Assembly: GCA_003141715.1 (NCBI GenBank)
Contig: PLNF01000096.1
Coordinates: 2,365-66,364, forward strand
Origin: Bacteroidales bacterium
Lineage (GTDB): Bacteria > Bacteroidota > Bacteroidia > Bacteroidales > VadinHA17
Direction: 5' to 3'
Length of the DNA stretch: 64,000 bases
The notes under the pieces are model-generated. The model did no database searches, was not told the DNA's origin, and was given only the letters and a program-made list of their open reading frames with translations. Made by a program: the position numbers and the translations under genes. Shown here piece after piece: positions 39,179 through 47,833 of the stretch; position 1 is the first letter of the stretch; every line of letters begins with the position of its first letter.

Positions 39179-40615
39179 ATGAAAAAAGCAGTCAGTTACA
39201 TTCGAATCAGTAGTGACAAGCAGGATAATCAGAGACAAATACAAGACATTGAGAACTTTTGTAAAAAAGAAGATTATAAGATTGTCAGAGAAGCATTTTC
39301 AGAAACAAAGTCAGGCACAATCAAAAAGCGTCCAGTAGTACTGGAAATGTTGAAATATGTTGATGACAATCAGATTAAATATATTATCATCAGTGAGGTT
39401 AGCAGGTTAGGCAGACAGAATGAAATCATAACTATAATTGAAGACTTGACAGCCAAAAAGGTATGCGTTATATTTTTAAAAGAAAACCTTTATAGTCTGA
39501 ACATAGATGGTAGTATAAATCAGACAACAGCATTGATGATAAACATTCTGGCAGCAATGGCAAAAGCAGAGGTTGAAACCCTTAGTTATAGAATTAATTC
39601 TGGAAAGACTTTTGCCATCATAAATAAACAACATTGGCATGGAACACGGAATTATCCAGTCGGATATCAGTCAGTAGATAAAAAATTAGTTATAAATCCA
39701 AGTGAAGTGCCGACAGTAAAGTTAATTTTTTCGAAATATTTAGATGGTTGGGGAGCAGTTAAAATATGCAATTATTTAGACTCATTGAAAATCCTGACAA
39801 GAAGTGCAATTAATGGTAAAAAGATAAATCATAAATGGGACGTGGGAACTCTGAAACAAATACTTAGAAGCAAGTTATATATTGGTGAAAGATTATGGGA
39901 TAAGAAGTATTATCATGTACCAGACTTGAGAATCATAGATGACATAACCTTTAATAAAGTACAACAAAGATTAAAACTCCGGCACAATAACTCGCCTGCA
40001 TTCTCAAAAACAAGGAAGTATGAATACCTTTTTGATAGCAGAATGATTAAATGTAAAGTCTGTGACAAGTATTATTATGGTGAAAAAAGGTATAATGAGT
40101 ATAAGTGCATCAGTGGTAGAAATCATAAAGGTTGTCAGAATCCTGCAATTAAAATGAATTACATTGAACATAATATCCTGTTATATTTATTGGAGCATTG
40201 GAGTGACTTACTATCAGATGATGATAATACACAACAAGACGCATTGAAAATAGAGTTAGTATTACAGCAACAAGAACATGATAAGACACTCCAAAGGTTA
40301 GAAAGGATTAATGAGTTATACATTGATTCTAAGTACTCAAAGTCAGAACATCAGTTAAAGACTCAGCAGACAACAGAAGTACTTGAGAAGATTCAGCAGA
40401 ACATCAGTACTATTGAAGATAAGATGACAACTCTTGACATCAGTACATCAGTATTGAAACAGGAATACAACATCAAAGGTGAATCAGTTGAGTTACAAGC
40501 AACATTCAGTAAAGAAGTCTTACATAAAATCATTCATAGTATTAATGTTAGTATGGTTGATGATAAGCAAAGCATTGAAGTCTTATTAGTCAATAGACAA
40601 TCATTCACACTATAA
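39179..40615 (+). CDS. Large serine recombinase (integrase)
   Basis: 478-aa ORF. It has an N-terminal resolvase domain (AVSYIRISSDKQDNQRQ with the catalytic Ser, VSRLGRQ), a recombinase domain, a zinc ribbon (CKVCDKYYYG...YKCISGRNHKGC) and a C-terminal coiled coil. Confidence 0.9.
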   Translation: MKKAVSYIRISSDKQDNQRQIQDIENFCKKEDYKIVREAFSETKSGTIKKRPVVLEMLKYVDDNQIKYIIISEVSRLGRQNEIITIIEDLTAKKVCVIFLKENLYSLNIDGSINQTTALMINILAAMAKAEVETLSYRINSGKTFAIINKQHWHGTRNYPVGYQSVDKKLVINPSEVPTVKLIFSKYLDGWGAVKICNYLDSLKILTRSAINGKKINHKWDVGTLKQILRSKLYIGERLWDKKYYHVPDLRIIDDITFNKVQQRLKLRHNNSPAFSKTRKYEYLFDSRMIKCKVCDKYYYGEKRYNEYKCISGRNHKGCQNPAIKMNYIEHNILLYLLEHWSDLLSDDDNTQQDALKIELVLQQQEHDKTLQRLERINELYIDSKYSKSEHQLKTQQTTEVLEKIQQNISTIEDKMTTLDISTSVLKQEYNIKGESVELQATFSKEVLHKIIHSINVSMVDDKQSIEVLLVNRQSFTL

Positions 40616-40771
40616 TGCATTGATAATTAACAAACAAGGGGATAGCCGGTCCATACCTACGAGCATGCCTTCAAACCACAGTGGCTCTCTTCTTACACTA
40701 ATTACTATTTTTATAATATATTTTTTAATATAGGGGGGATAATGACTATTCTTATAGTCATTATATGCATT

Positions 40772-41086
40772 CACACACAAAAAGGTATAAACGTCCCGTT
40801 ATAGTATATATTATTATATATATATATTATTATCAGTTAGTTAACAACGGGACAAAAGACGGGACATGGACGGGACACAACGGGACATAATATTAATAAG
40901 TAATATATATTATTAATTATCAAAGGATTAATAACGGGACATATTATTAACGGGACATATTATTAAAACGTCCCGTTGTGTCCCGTCCATGTCCCGTCTT
41001 TTGTCCCGTTGTTACAATCTTAATAATCAGTACATTATATTTATTAACGGGACATTTATGCCCAAACGGGACATTTTTTGTGTGTG
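40772..41086. repeat. Iteron/palindrome array: 13 copies of CGGGAC, including a perfect 44-bp inverted repeat
   Basis: Arm A (40843..40886) is aacaacgggacaaaagacgggacatggacgggacacaacgggac. Arm B (40970..41013) is its exact reverse complement. Two aacgggacatattatt direct repeats lie between the arms. Outer inverted pair: cacacacaaaaa (40772) and tttttgtgtgtg (41075). A (TA)n-rich tract lies at 40801..40836. Confidence 0.9.
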
Positions 41087-41287
41087 GGAGTATATTTTCA
41101 TACATAAAGTCATAAAATATTTATGAAGTAGAAATAAAATATGTTTGACAACATAAAATGAAAATAATGGGTAGTCATTATCAGGTAGTTAGCATTTTAA
41201 TTAAAAAATAACATAAATATTTTTAAAAAAGATTCAAGATTTTTAAATGAATAACGTATTTACTTAAAAGATCAGTAATGATTTTTT

Positions 41288-41329
41288 CCCCTGTGGCTGG
41301 TCGTAACCTGCCAGCCACACAAAAAGGGG
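41288..41329. promoter_or_regulatory. Hairpin plus GGTTAC triplet upstream of the ATPase gene
   Basis: tgtggctgg (41292-41300) pairs with ccagccaca (41311-41319), flanked by cccc and gggg. The loop carries gtaacc, and aggttacaaaa recurs at 41335 and 41368, the latter abutting the ATG at 41378. Confidence 0.5.
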
Positions 41330-41377
41330 TTAAAAGGTTACAAAAAATAATAGGTTTAGAGTAAAACAGGTTACAAA

Positions 41378-42541
41378 ATGAGTAGTTTAGAATTAAGTGG
41401 TGAAACAACCACAAGCACAGGAGACACAAAAAGTCTTTTTTACAACAGGCAAGAAGCAAAGCCAAGTAGAAAAAAAATAATTGAATTACCAACATTCAAA
41501 GTACAGACAATGGAGAATGCCTTTAAAGACATAGCACCAACAGTCAAAAATCAAAAAAATATTTTTGGTGACTTAATTGCAGAAGGCGATTTATGCATAT
41601 TATTCGGGAGAGCAGGTACAGGCAAGAGTTTTTTAGGATATCAAATAGCCGGAGCAATAGCAGAGGGTAAAAATGTATTGGATATGCTGGATATTATGGT
41701 TGATAGAAGTACAAGAAAATATCATAATCTTAATAATGAAACTCCGGCACAAAAAGTCCTTTATGCCGATTTTGAAGCAACGATTGAGAAGACTTACAGA
41801 AGATACAATCCATATACATTCAGTGAAAACTTCCTGATAGCAATTCCAGACAGATTAACAGTGGTTGATAATTTACTTTTTATTGACAGTATTGAAGCAG
41901 AAATTATAAAAACAGGTGCAAAAGTATTGATCATAGACAATATATCAGCAATCTCTCAAGACAATGAAAAGAGCAATCAGGCAGCAAAATTAATGAATAA
42001 AATTAAGGACTTGCAGAGACGAAATAAATTAACAGTATTAATAATGGCTCACACTCCAAAAATACAACAGGGAGAAGCAATTATATGGACAAATATGGCA
42101 GGGTCTTCGAATCTTTACAACCTTGCTGAAAGTATACTGGCAATAGGTACTACAACCATTGACAATGATATCAGGTATATAATACAACTAAAAGCACGAT
42201 ATGTTGACGTATTATATCATAAAGACAACGTTATAGCCATAAAGTTTAGGACACAACCAGACGGCAATAAAGGATTTTCTTTTGTGAATTATGAAAGTGA
42301 AGAAGAACTCATAAAGACAGTTGAAAAAAGCAGAAAAGAAGCACAAAAAAAAGACATTATAAATAGAATTAATATGTTTGGTACGAAACCTGCGGACATT
42401 GCTGAAGAATTATATGAAAAGTATTATCCAGAACATGAGATAACTTTAATTACTTATAAAGACACTATTAAAAAGGCAGTCCAGCGACTAAAGAAGTCAG
42501 GACTTATAAATAATGATGAAGATAATACCTCAGTACAATGA
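41378..42541 (+). CDS. RecA/RepA-like P-loop ATPase (AAA_25-type, putative replicative helicase or loader)
   Basis: 387-aa ORF with Walker A GRAGTGKS and Walker B VLIIDNISAI. This layout is typical of ATPases paired with primases in mobile elements. Confidence 0.7.
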   Translation: MSSLELSGETTTSTGDTKSLFYNRQEAKPSRKKIIELPTFKVQTMENAFKDIAPTVKNQKNIFGDLIAEGDLCILFGRAGTGKSFLGYQIAGAIAEGKNVLDMLDIMVDRSTRKYHNLNNETPAQKVLYADFEATIEKTYRRYNPYTFSENFLIAIPDRLTVVDNLLFIDSIEAEIIKTGAKVLIIDNISAISQDNEKSNQAAKLMNKIKDLQRRNKLTVLIMAHTPKIQQGEAIIWTNMAGSSNLYNLAESILAIGTTTIDNDIRYIIQLKARYVDVLYHKDNVIAIKFRTQPDGNKGFSFVNYESEEELIKTVEKSRKEAQKKDIINRINMFGTKPADIAEELYEKYYPEHEITLITYKDTIKKAVQRLKKSGLINNDEDNTSVQ

Positions 42542-43506
42542 AAGCAATAGAAGTAGAATTATTCCCGAAAGTTAACGATAGAAGTACGCACAGCGTACAA
42601 TCATTAGAAAGATTACTAAAATGGACGACAACAAATACAGCATTACAGGTAAAAACTTCTTCTTATAGACAGTTTTTAAATGAAAATCCCAATGCCACAC
42701 CAAAAGAAAAAAGTGATAAGAAGTTATATTATTTTCCTGCCATAACCTTTAGCGGGACTTTTAGCGGGACTGGTACAGCAAAAGACATAATAAAAATGAG
42801 TGGACTCATAGTACTGGACTTCGATCATATTGATAATTTTAAAAACGTTTATGAGCAACTTAAAAATGATAATTTAACACACTTACTGTTTGTCAGTCCA
42901 AGTGGTGACGGCTTAAAACTGGTAGTAAAACACAACTTGAAAGATGCTCTGAAATGGCAAACATTATATTATGAATTAGAAGATTCGTACTTAAAAAGAT
43001 TTGAATTACAGACAGACAAGTCAGGTAAAGACATAAATCGAATGTGTTTTCTTCCTTATATGGATACATTATATCAGAATGATAAAAGTGTTACATGGGA
43101 GTTTAAAGGGGATTTTGAGAATAAAAAAGTGAGAGTGTATAGGGTAGATGAACCAAGTAGTGAGTTAAATGAACCAAGTAACTTAGTTAAAGAATGCCTG
43201 TATATAGCACAATATCTTTTCGAAAATCATATTAACATAACAGACACTTATTCTGACTGGATATCTTATGGATTTAGTTTATGTGAATTAGGTGAAGAAG
43301 GGAGAGCAATTTATCATATTATCAGTAGTGTTAGTCTTAAATATGACGAAGACACTATTAATAAAGAATATGATTATATGATGACGAATTATGACGAAGA
43401 TAAATCAGGGATTGAGAATTATATCAGCAATGGTAAAAAAGCGATAGCAGACTATTGTTTATATAAAAAATATGGCTTCTTAGCCGATAAAAATAATATT
43501 ATTTAA
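42538..43506 (+). CDS. Archaeo-eukaryotic-type primase (BT4734/VirE-N-like domain + PriCT-like C-terminus)
   Basis: 322-aa ORF whose start overlaps the ATPase stop (ATGA). IVLDFDHI (DxD), VSPSGDGLKLVV (sGxGxK/H) and NRMCFLPY motifs are present. The C-terminal WISYGFSLCELGEEG is PriCT-like. Confidence 0.7.
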   Translation: MKAIEVELFPKVNDRSTHSVQSLERLLKWTTTNTALQVKTSSYRQFLNENPNATPKEKSDKKLYYFPAITFSGTFSGTGTAKDIIKMSGLIVLDFDHIDNFKNVYEQLKNDNLTHLLFVSPSGDGLKLVVKHNLKDALKWQTLYYELEDSYLKRFELQTDKSGKDINRMCFLPYMDTLYQNDKSVTWEFKGDFENKKVRVYRVDEPSSELNEPSNLVKECLYIAQYLFENHINITDTYSDWISYGFSLCELGEEGRAIYHIISSVSLKYDEDTINKEYDYMMTNYDEDKSGIENYISNGKKAIADYCLYKKYGFLADKNNII

Positions 43507-43518
43507 AATTTAAAAGCA

Positions 43519-43710
43519 ATGAAAAAACAAGTAAAGTACATTAGAGGCAGTTATAATGTAACGCCTAAAGTAAACCCAAAAAATAAAAAATTTATATTGA
43601 ATTGTGATGCAGTCTTCTTAGAAAGATTGAAACAAATTAAAACCATGAAAAAAATGAGTATATCAGCGTATATTAGAAATCTTGTGAATCAAGATTATCC
43701 AAATATTTAA
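43519..43710 (+). CDS. Small ribbon-helix-helix-like protein
   Basis: 63-aa ORF. FILNCDAVFLERLKQ...MSISAYIRNLVNQDY resembles the CopG/RHH strand-helix-helix layout. Confidence 0.4.
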   Translation: MKKQVKYIRGSYNVTPKVNPKNKKFILNCDAVFLERLKQIKTMKKMSISAYIRNLVNQDYPNI

Positions 43711-43761
43711 ATAAATAAAACTGATTGACAGTCAGTTTTTAATATTAATAAAATTTAAAAT

Positions 43762-44196
43762 ATGAAACAATTAGCAATTGAGCAAATTAATGACTCACGA
43801 ATCAAAAAACAATTGATTGAACATAATGCCAGTAAAACAGAAATGGCAATCATTTTGAATAACACTTTTATATATAATCATTCGATTGAAGAAATTATTA
43901 CTGGTAAAATTGATGATTTTAGGACAATTAATTTAATTTTTCAGATGAACGCACAAATTATGAAACAATTAGAAATGCTTAGTAAGCGTAATGAGCGTAA
44001 AACTAAAGAAATAAACAGACATGAAGAAATCCAAGAAAAGCAAAAAATAATGGAGAAAATCAGATTAGAAAAATTAAAAAATGAAAAAATAAAATTAGAT
44101 ATGAAAAGTCCTGCACAGAATCCTAAAAAAAAGGAGAGTCAAATTAATAAAATGTTTAGAGAAATGAATGAAAAATTTCCTAATGAATGTAAATAA
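43762..44196 (+). CDS. Hypothetical coiled-coil protein
   Basis: 144-aa ORF with a Lys/Glu-rich helical C-terminal half. Confidence 0.4.
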   Translation: MKQLAIEQINDSRIKKQLIEHNASKTEMAIILNNTFIYNHSIEEIITGKIDDFRTINLIFQMNAQIMKQLEMLSKRNERKTKEINRHEEIQEKQKIMEKIRLEKLKNEKIKLDMKSPAQNPKKKESQINKMFREMNEKFPNECK

Positions 44197-44536
44197 CACA
44201 AATAATTATAAATAAAAGTGACTAAGTATAGGGGTATTTTTAGATCGAGTTTCCTAAAACTCGCAAATGCCCATTACAAGCCAAAGTATTATATAAAAGG
44301 GGGTAGTTAAGGGGTTAGTCATGGCAAGGCCATGAAATCCTTAAATGTACCCCTTTAATATAATTCTTATACATTGCTCCGGTCATTTTTAATACGCATA
44401 TCCGCACTAAATGCCAAAGTATATATAAAATTTGACTAAAAACCCTGTTTTTCAGATCATGAACTCAATGTACATGAAATATTTATTATTTTAATTATAT
44501 TATGTACATTAGATCATAATCTCAGCGACTTGACAA

Positions 44537-44575
44537 TAAAAATGAGTCACCAATTCGATGACTCATTCTGTTTTT
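44537..44575. terminator. Bidirectional terminator hairpin inside the element
   Basis: aatgagtca (44541-44549) pairs with tgactcatt (44559-44567). An A-run lies on the left and a T-run on the right. It sits 65 nt beyond the stop of the minus-strand lipoprotein gene. Confidence 0.65.
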
Positions 44576-44631
44576 AATATGTTTCATGTGCCCAAATAAG
44601 GCAACCATATCATTCTTTTGAGACTTTACTT

Positions 44632-45498
44632 TTAATACGGGATTTGAGTTACAGTCATTGAAGCAGGTAAAGTCATGTTGAAAGTTACGCCAAGAGCACC
44701 AATTACCCAATAGCAATTACCCATTACCATACCTGTAAAAGGTTTGGTCGTACATGCACCGCCAGCGACAATATATAAATCCAGACTTGTAGAAACATAA
44801 CTTGTATAAGCATAGTGAAAAGTACCGCTTGTAAAAAATAAGTTATGTTGTGCACTACCTGAATAATAATCGACAATAGTCGCAGGAGCATCAATAATGA
44901 TAAGAGCATCCAAAAACGTACCAGTTAAAACAACAGGAGTCCCGTTTATGACGGTTGACGGCATGTTGATACCGATATCCATGACATTGTTGAATTTATA
45001 AGTCTTAGCAGCCATATCCGTTGTCGTGAAAGTGACGTTATACGTGCCGGGTGTGACGGTCATCGTTACAGTACCCGCAAGCAACTGAGCGACAGTTACG
45101 TTTTGAGTATAAGTATTTAAGGCATTCGTCACCTTTAATTGATAAGGAGTCGTACTATAAGCGATTACCCATGTTGCAGGGTCATAACCTTTACCCAGAG
45201 AATATTCTTTTGTCAGAGGTTCAAGACTAAATGATTGAGTTACCATTTCTTGTTTTTGTGGGGGTACTGTCAGAGGTTCGTCATACTTTTGACAACCATA
45301 ACCAAAAGTCATTAGCAGTATTAGTGCAGCACCAATAGTCTTAGCCAATTTTTTACCCATAGAATTTTCGATTATTTTTAATTTTCTCAGGACACTTTTT
45401 TTAAAGTCCGTAAAGTTTTGAGGTTTGTCATGCCCAAGAAACGCATACTGTTTCTGAACATCGAGAATCTCATCGAAGTTTTGTTTTTTTGATACCAT
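44632..45498 (-). CDS. Element-encoded putative lipoprotein (beta-rich, Thr/Val-rich)
   Basis: 288-aa ORF. The internal methionine at 45360 gives MGKKLAKTIGAALILLMTFGYGC, a lipoprotein signal with lipobox Cys. That methionine is the likelier start. Confidence 0.55.
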   Translation of the reverse strand: MVSKKQNFDEILDVQKQYAFLGHDKPQNFTDFKKSVLRKLKIIENSMGKKLAKTIGAALILLMTFGYGCQKYDEPLTVPPQKQEMVTQSFSLEPLTKEYSLGKGYDPATWVIAYSTTPYQLKVTNALNTYTQNVTVAQLLAGTVTMTVTPGTYNVTFTTTDMAAKTYKFNNVMDIGINMPSTVINGTPVVLTGTFLDALIIIDAPATIVDYYSGSAQHNLFFTSGTFHYAYTSYVSTSLDLYIVAGGACTTKPFTGMVMGNCYWVIGALGVTFNMTLPASMTVTQIPY

Positions 45499-45557
45499 TT
45501 TCTTTCATTTTTTAACATCCCATTATTTTTAATATGTCAGCCAGATGCGAATCTGTT

Positions 45558-46103
45558 TTATGCTGATATTTTTTTATGTGCTTCATAATATGCCTTTCGT
45601 TCTGCTTTATGTGCTTCATAATATGCCTTTATATATGTCTTACGTTCTTTTTTATGTGCTTCTCTATATGCTTTTTTATGTGCCTTTCCTTTTGGAGTAT
45701 TATAATATTTTTTTTGATATTCTTTTTGATATTCTTTTCTTTCTTCCTTTTCTTCTGGTGTTAATCTTTTTCCACCACCTTTACCACCCTCACCACCTTT
45801 AAATTTATTTAATAAATTCCAGCCAATACTTTTATAATGAGCAATAGTTAAAATTTCATTAATCTGCCATTGGTAAAGGTTGAGTTCTATATTAAATTCG
45901 TCACCACATCTGTTCAGTTCGACTATCAGAGGTTTTAATCCTTTTGACAGTATTCCGTCTATAACTAATTTTACCCTTTTATTTGTCTTACTATTATGAA
46001 TATAATTCCATAGTCTTACTTTTAATTTTAAGATAGTGTCACCAATGACTATTGGTTCTAAAGTCTGAGGATGAATAATTAAATATGTTTTATGTATAAT
46101 CAT
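45558..46103 (-). CDS. GIY-YIG-like nuclease with a Lys/Tyr/His-rich repeat tail
   Basis: 181-aa ORF. TYLIIHPQTLEPIVIGDT...RLWNYIH fits the GIY-(10)-YIG...R...H pattern, and QINEILTIAHYKSIGWNLLN fits E...GYN. The tail has KAY(Y/R)EAHK(A/K)ERK repeats. Confidence 0.5.
   Translation of the reverse strand: MIIHKTYLIIHPQTLEPIVIGDTILKLKVRLWNYIHNSKTNKRVKLVIDGILSKGLKPLIVELNRCGDEFNIELNLYQWQINEILTIAHYKSIGWNLLNKFKGGEGGKGGGKRLTPEEKEERKEYQKEYQKKYYNTPKGKAHKKAYREAHKKERKTYIKAYYEAHKAERKAYYEAHKKISA
45574..45737. repeat. Degenerate 24-33-bp coding repeats (ttatgtgcttcataatatgcctt) plus a 12-bp duplicate
   Basis: Identical 23-mers occur at 45574 and 45607, with weaker copies near 45650 and 45674. tttttgatattc x2 occurs at about 45711. 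Confidence 0.8.
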
Positions 46104-46248
46104 TTTTTATCTTTTTATATAAATAGTTGAAAATCTCAGAGAATCTTCTGAAAGTCGAAAATAAATATTGAAAATGCTCCCGTAGAAAAATAATGCAGAC
46201 TATTTATTAGTATAGCATTTTAGAATAACAGTATTAAAAATCAGAATT

Positions 46249-46569
46249 ATGACAGACATTGAAAAAATAGTTACAGCGTACGTGAACCAGACTCATGGCA
46301 TGTACACACGTGAATACATTCGTGAACAAATAATGGAGTTACAAAAAGCCAATATTGAGAACAAATTAGACGAAAACAGAGGTATAAAAAGTATTGATAT
46401 GAATCGTGAATACGCTGACATACCATCGCACACAAAATTTACTAAGGAGTACATGGAAAGACGTGCCAGAGAAGACGCAGAAGCACCCGCAAGAGAAGAA
46501 GAAGAACTCATGATAAAATTGAGACTCAAATACAACGGTAGAACAACAAAGTCACCGTATTTTCAGTAA
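46249..46569 (+). CDS. Hypothetical protein
   Basis: 106-aa ORF, charged and helical, with no motif I recognise. Confidence 0.4.
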   Translation: MTDIEKIVTAYVNQTHGMYTREYIREQIMELQKANIENKLDENRGIKSIDMNREYADIPSHTKFTKEYMERRAREDAEAPAREEEELMIKLRLKYNGRTTKSPYFQ

Positions 46570-46597
46570 AAATAACTTTTAATTAAAAATATATAAT

Positions 46598-47530
46598 ATG
46601 CATTACAAATTATTAAAACGACAAATACAGGCAATATTGCCAATGACAGCAAGTGTTACAGATGAAATCGTACAAGAAGCACTGACTTTACAAGAAAATT
46701 ACAAATTTAACATGGCATTGACAGCCAGACAGGTTGACGTACAAGCAAGTTTTTATAATCATACCATTAGTCAGTTAAAGACAGATCAGGACAGTTTTTT
46801 ATGTAAAAAATATATAAGATTAATGGAGTCCAGAACAGCGTTTAAAATTCAGAATTTTAATGAACAAATAACAGGGTCACAAGAGGCAATCATGGTACAA
46901 ATTAATGAAGTTATTGAGGAATATATTGACAAAAACTTTAATGATTTGCGACTGTTTATCAGAGACAAGCAACCAATTTTTGAACGTACTTATAATGCAA
47001 TTAATAATTATTTAGAAAGTAATGTAAGTACCAGACATGGTATAAGTATTGACGGATTAATAATGACTAAATCCAAAGACAGAGAAAAGTTTTTGTCACA
47101 GTACCTTTTTGATTTTAAAAAAGACGACAGGAATATAATGGAAATTTATGAGATAATTGAAGGAATTAAGGCATTCGGTTTGAAATACGGAGTTTATAAT
47201 CCGACAATATTGATACAAGGGTTAATGTTTAACATGATGAATGATGATAAAGATGCAAGTTTGCAGAAAATAAATAATTGGTTAATGAGTGTTGAAGCAG
47301 ACAGACATGATATCGCAGTCATGGAACAACAACGTGCAAAAGAGAATCAGAAGAAAGAAGAACAGGCAAAGGAACGCAAGAGATTGAGTGACAAAAAGAA
47401 TGCAGACGAGAACAAAGCAGAACAACAGCATCGTGACGAAAGACTGAAGACAGGTAAAGAACAATTTAATGCAAATGATGCATTTCAGAAGATTTTACAA
47501 GCAAATAGATTAAATCAGATTAATAATTAA
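46598..47530 (+). CDS. Hypothetical protein with a highly charged C-terminus
   Basis: 310-aa ORF. I see no relaxase, capsid or portal motif. The last 70 or so residues are Lys/Glu/Gln-rich. Confidence 0.45.
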   Translation: MHYKLLKRQIQAILPMTASVTDEIVQEALTLQENYKFNMALTARQVDVQASFYNHTISQLKTDQDSFLCKKYIRLMESRTAFKIQNFNEQITGSQEAIMVQINEVIEEYIDKNFNDLRLFIRDKQPIFERTYNAINNYLESNVSTRHGISIDGLIMTKSKDREKFLSQYLFDFKKDDRNIMEIYEIIEGIKAFGLKYGVYNPTILIQGLMFNMMNDDKDASLQKINNWLMSVEADRHDIAVMEQQRAKENQKKEEQAKERKRLSDKKNADENKAEQQHRDERLKTGKEQFNANDAFQKILQANRLNQINN

Positions 47531-47535
47531 TTATT

Positions 47536-47706
47536 ATGAATACAGAAGATAAACAGATTAGACAGTACTCAATGAGGTTGACAGAAAGTGAATACCAGAT
47601 GTTTGAGGTAGTGAGAAAGAAATATAAAAACTTTAAAAAACTTTTGATTAATTATATCATGTACCAATACATTACTATATTAGATGATAAGGTTGATAAG
47701 AAGTAA
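47536..47706 (+). CDS. Small ORF (56 aa), MobC/RHH-like
   Basis: Below the track cutoff and found by eye: MNTEDKQIRQYSMRLTESEYQMFEVVRKKYKNFKKLLINYIMYQY.... The RLTxxEYxxx pattern recalls relaxosome accessory and RHH proteins. Confidence 0.3.
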   Translation: MNTEDKQIRQYSMRLTESEYQMFEVVRKKYKNFKKLLINYIMYQYITILDDKVDKK

Positions 47707-47799
47707 AATATTAATATAGTGTTTTTCTCTTTTCACTCCAAAAAAGGGACTCAATTATTTTTCGGTGGTTAGTTACTTCTCCACTGTTTTGTAAGTGTC

Positions 47800-47833
47800 G
47801 GGGGTTGCTGTAAAGTCACAACCCCCTTTTTTT
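47800..47833 (+). terminator. Rho-independent terminator near the right end of the element
   Basis: gggggttg-ctgtaaagtca-caaccccc followed by T7. Confidence 0.8.

Noticed and set aside
40793-41072. The repeat array considered as a CRISPR locus
   Set aside because: - The repeated unit is only 6-10 nt.
- The spacing is 10-16 nt and irregular.
- Copies occur in both orientations as a perfect palindrome.
- No cas genes are nearby.

This architecture fits iterons or operators, not a CRISPR array.
41223-41495. 90-aa minus-strand ORF overlapping the start of the ATPase gene
   Set aside because: - It is a Leu/Phe/Cys-rich low-complexity product of AT-rich DNA.
- It overlaps the hairpin/operator region and a well-supported plus-strand gene.
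45545-45802. Plus-strand ORFs (85 aa and 62 aa) rich in Phe/Leu/Tyr/Met
   Set aside because: - They are reverse-strand readings of the Lys-rich KAYxEAHK repeat tail of the 45558..46103 gene.
- The periodic composition is an artefact of that repeat.
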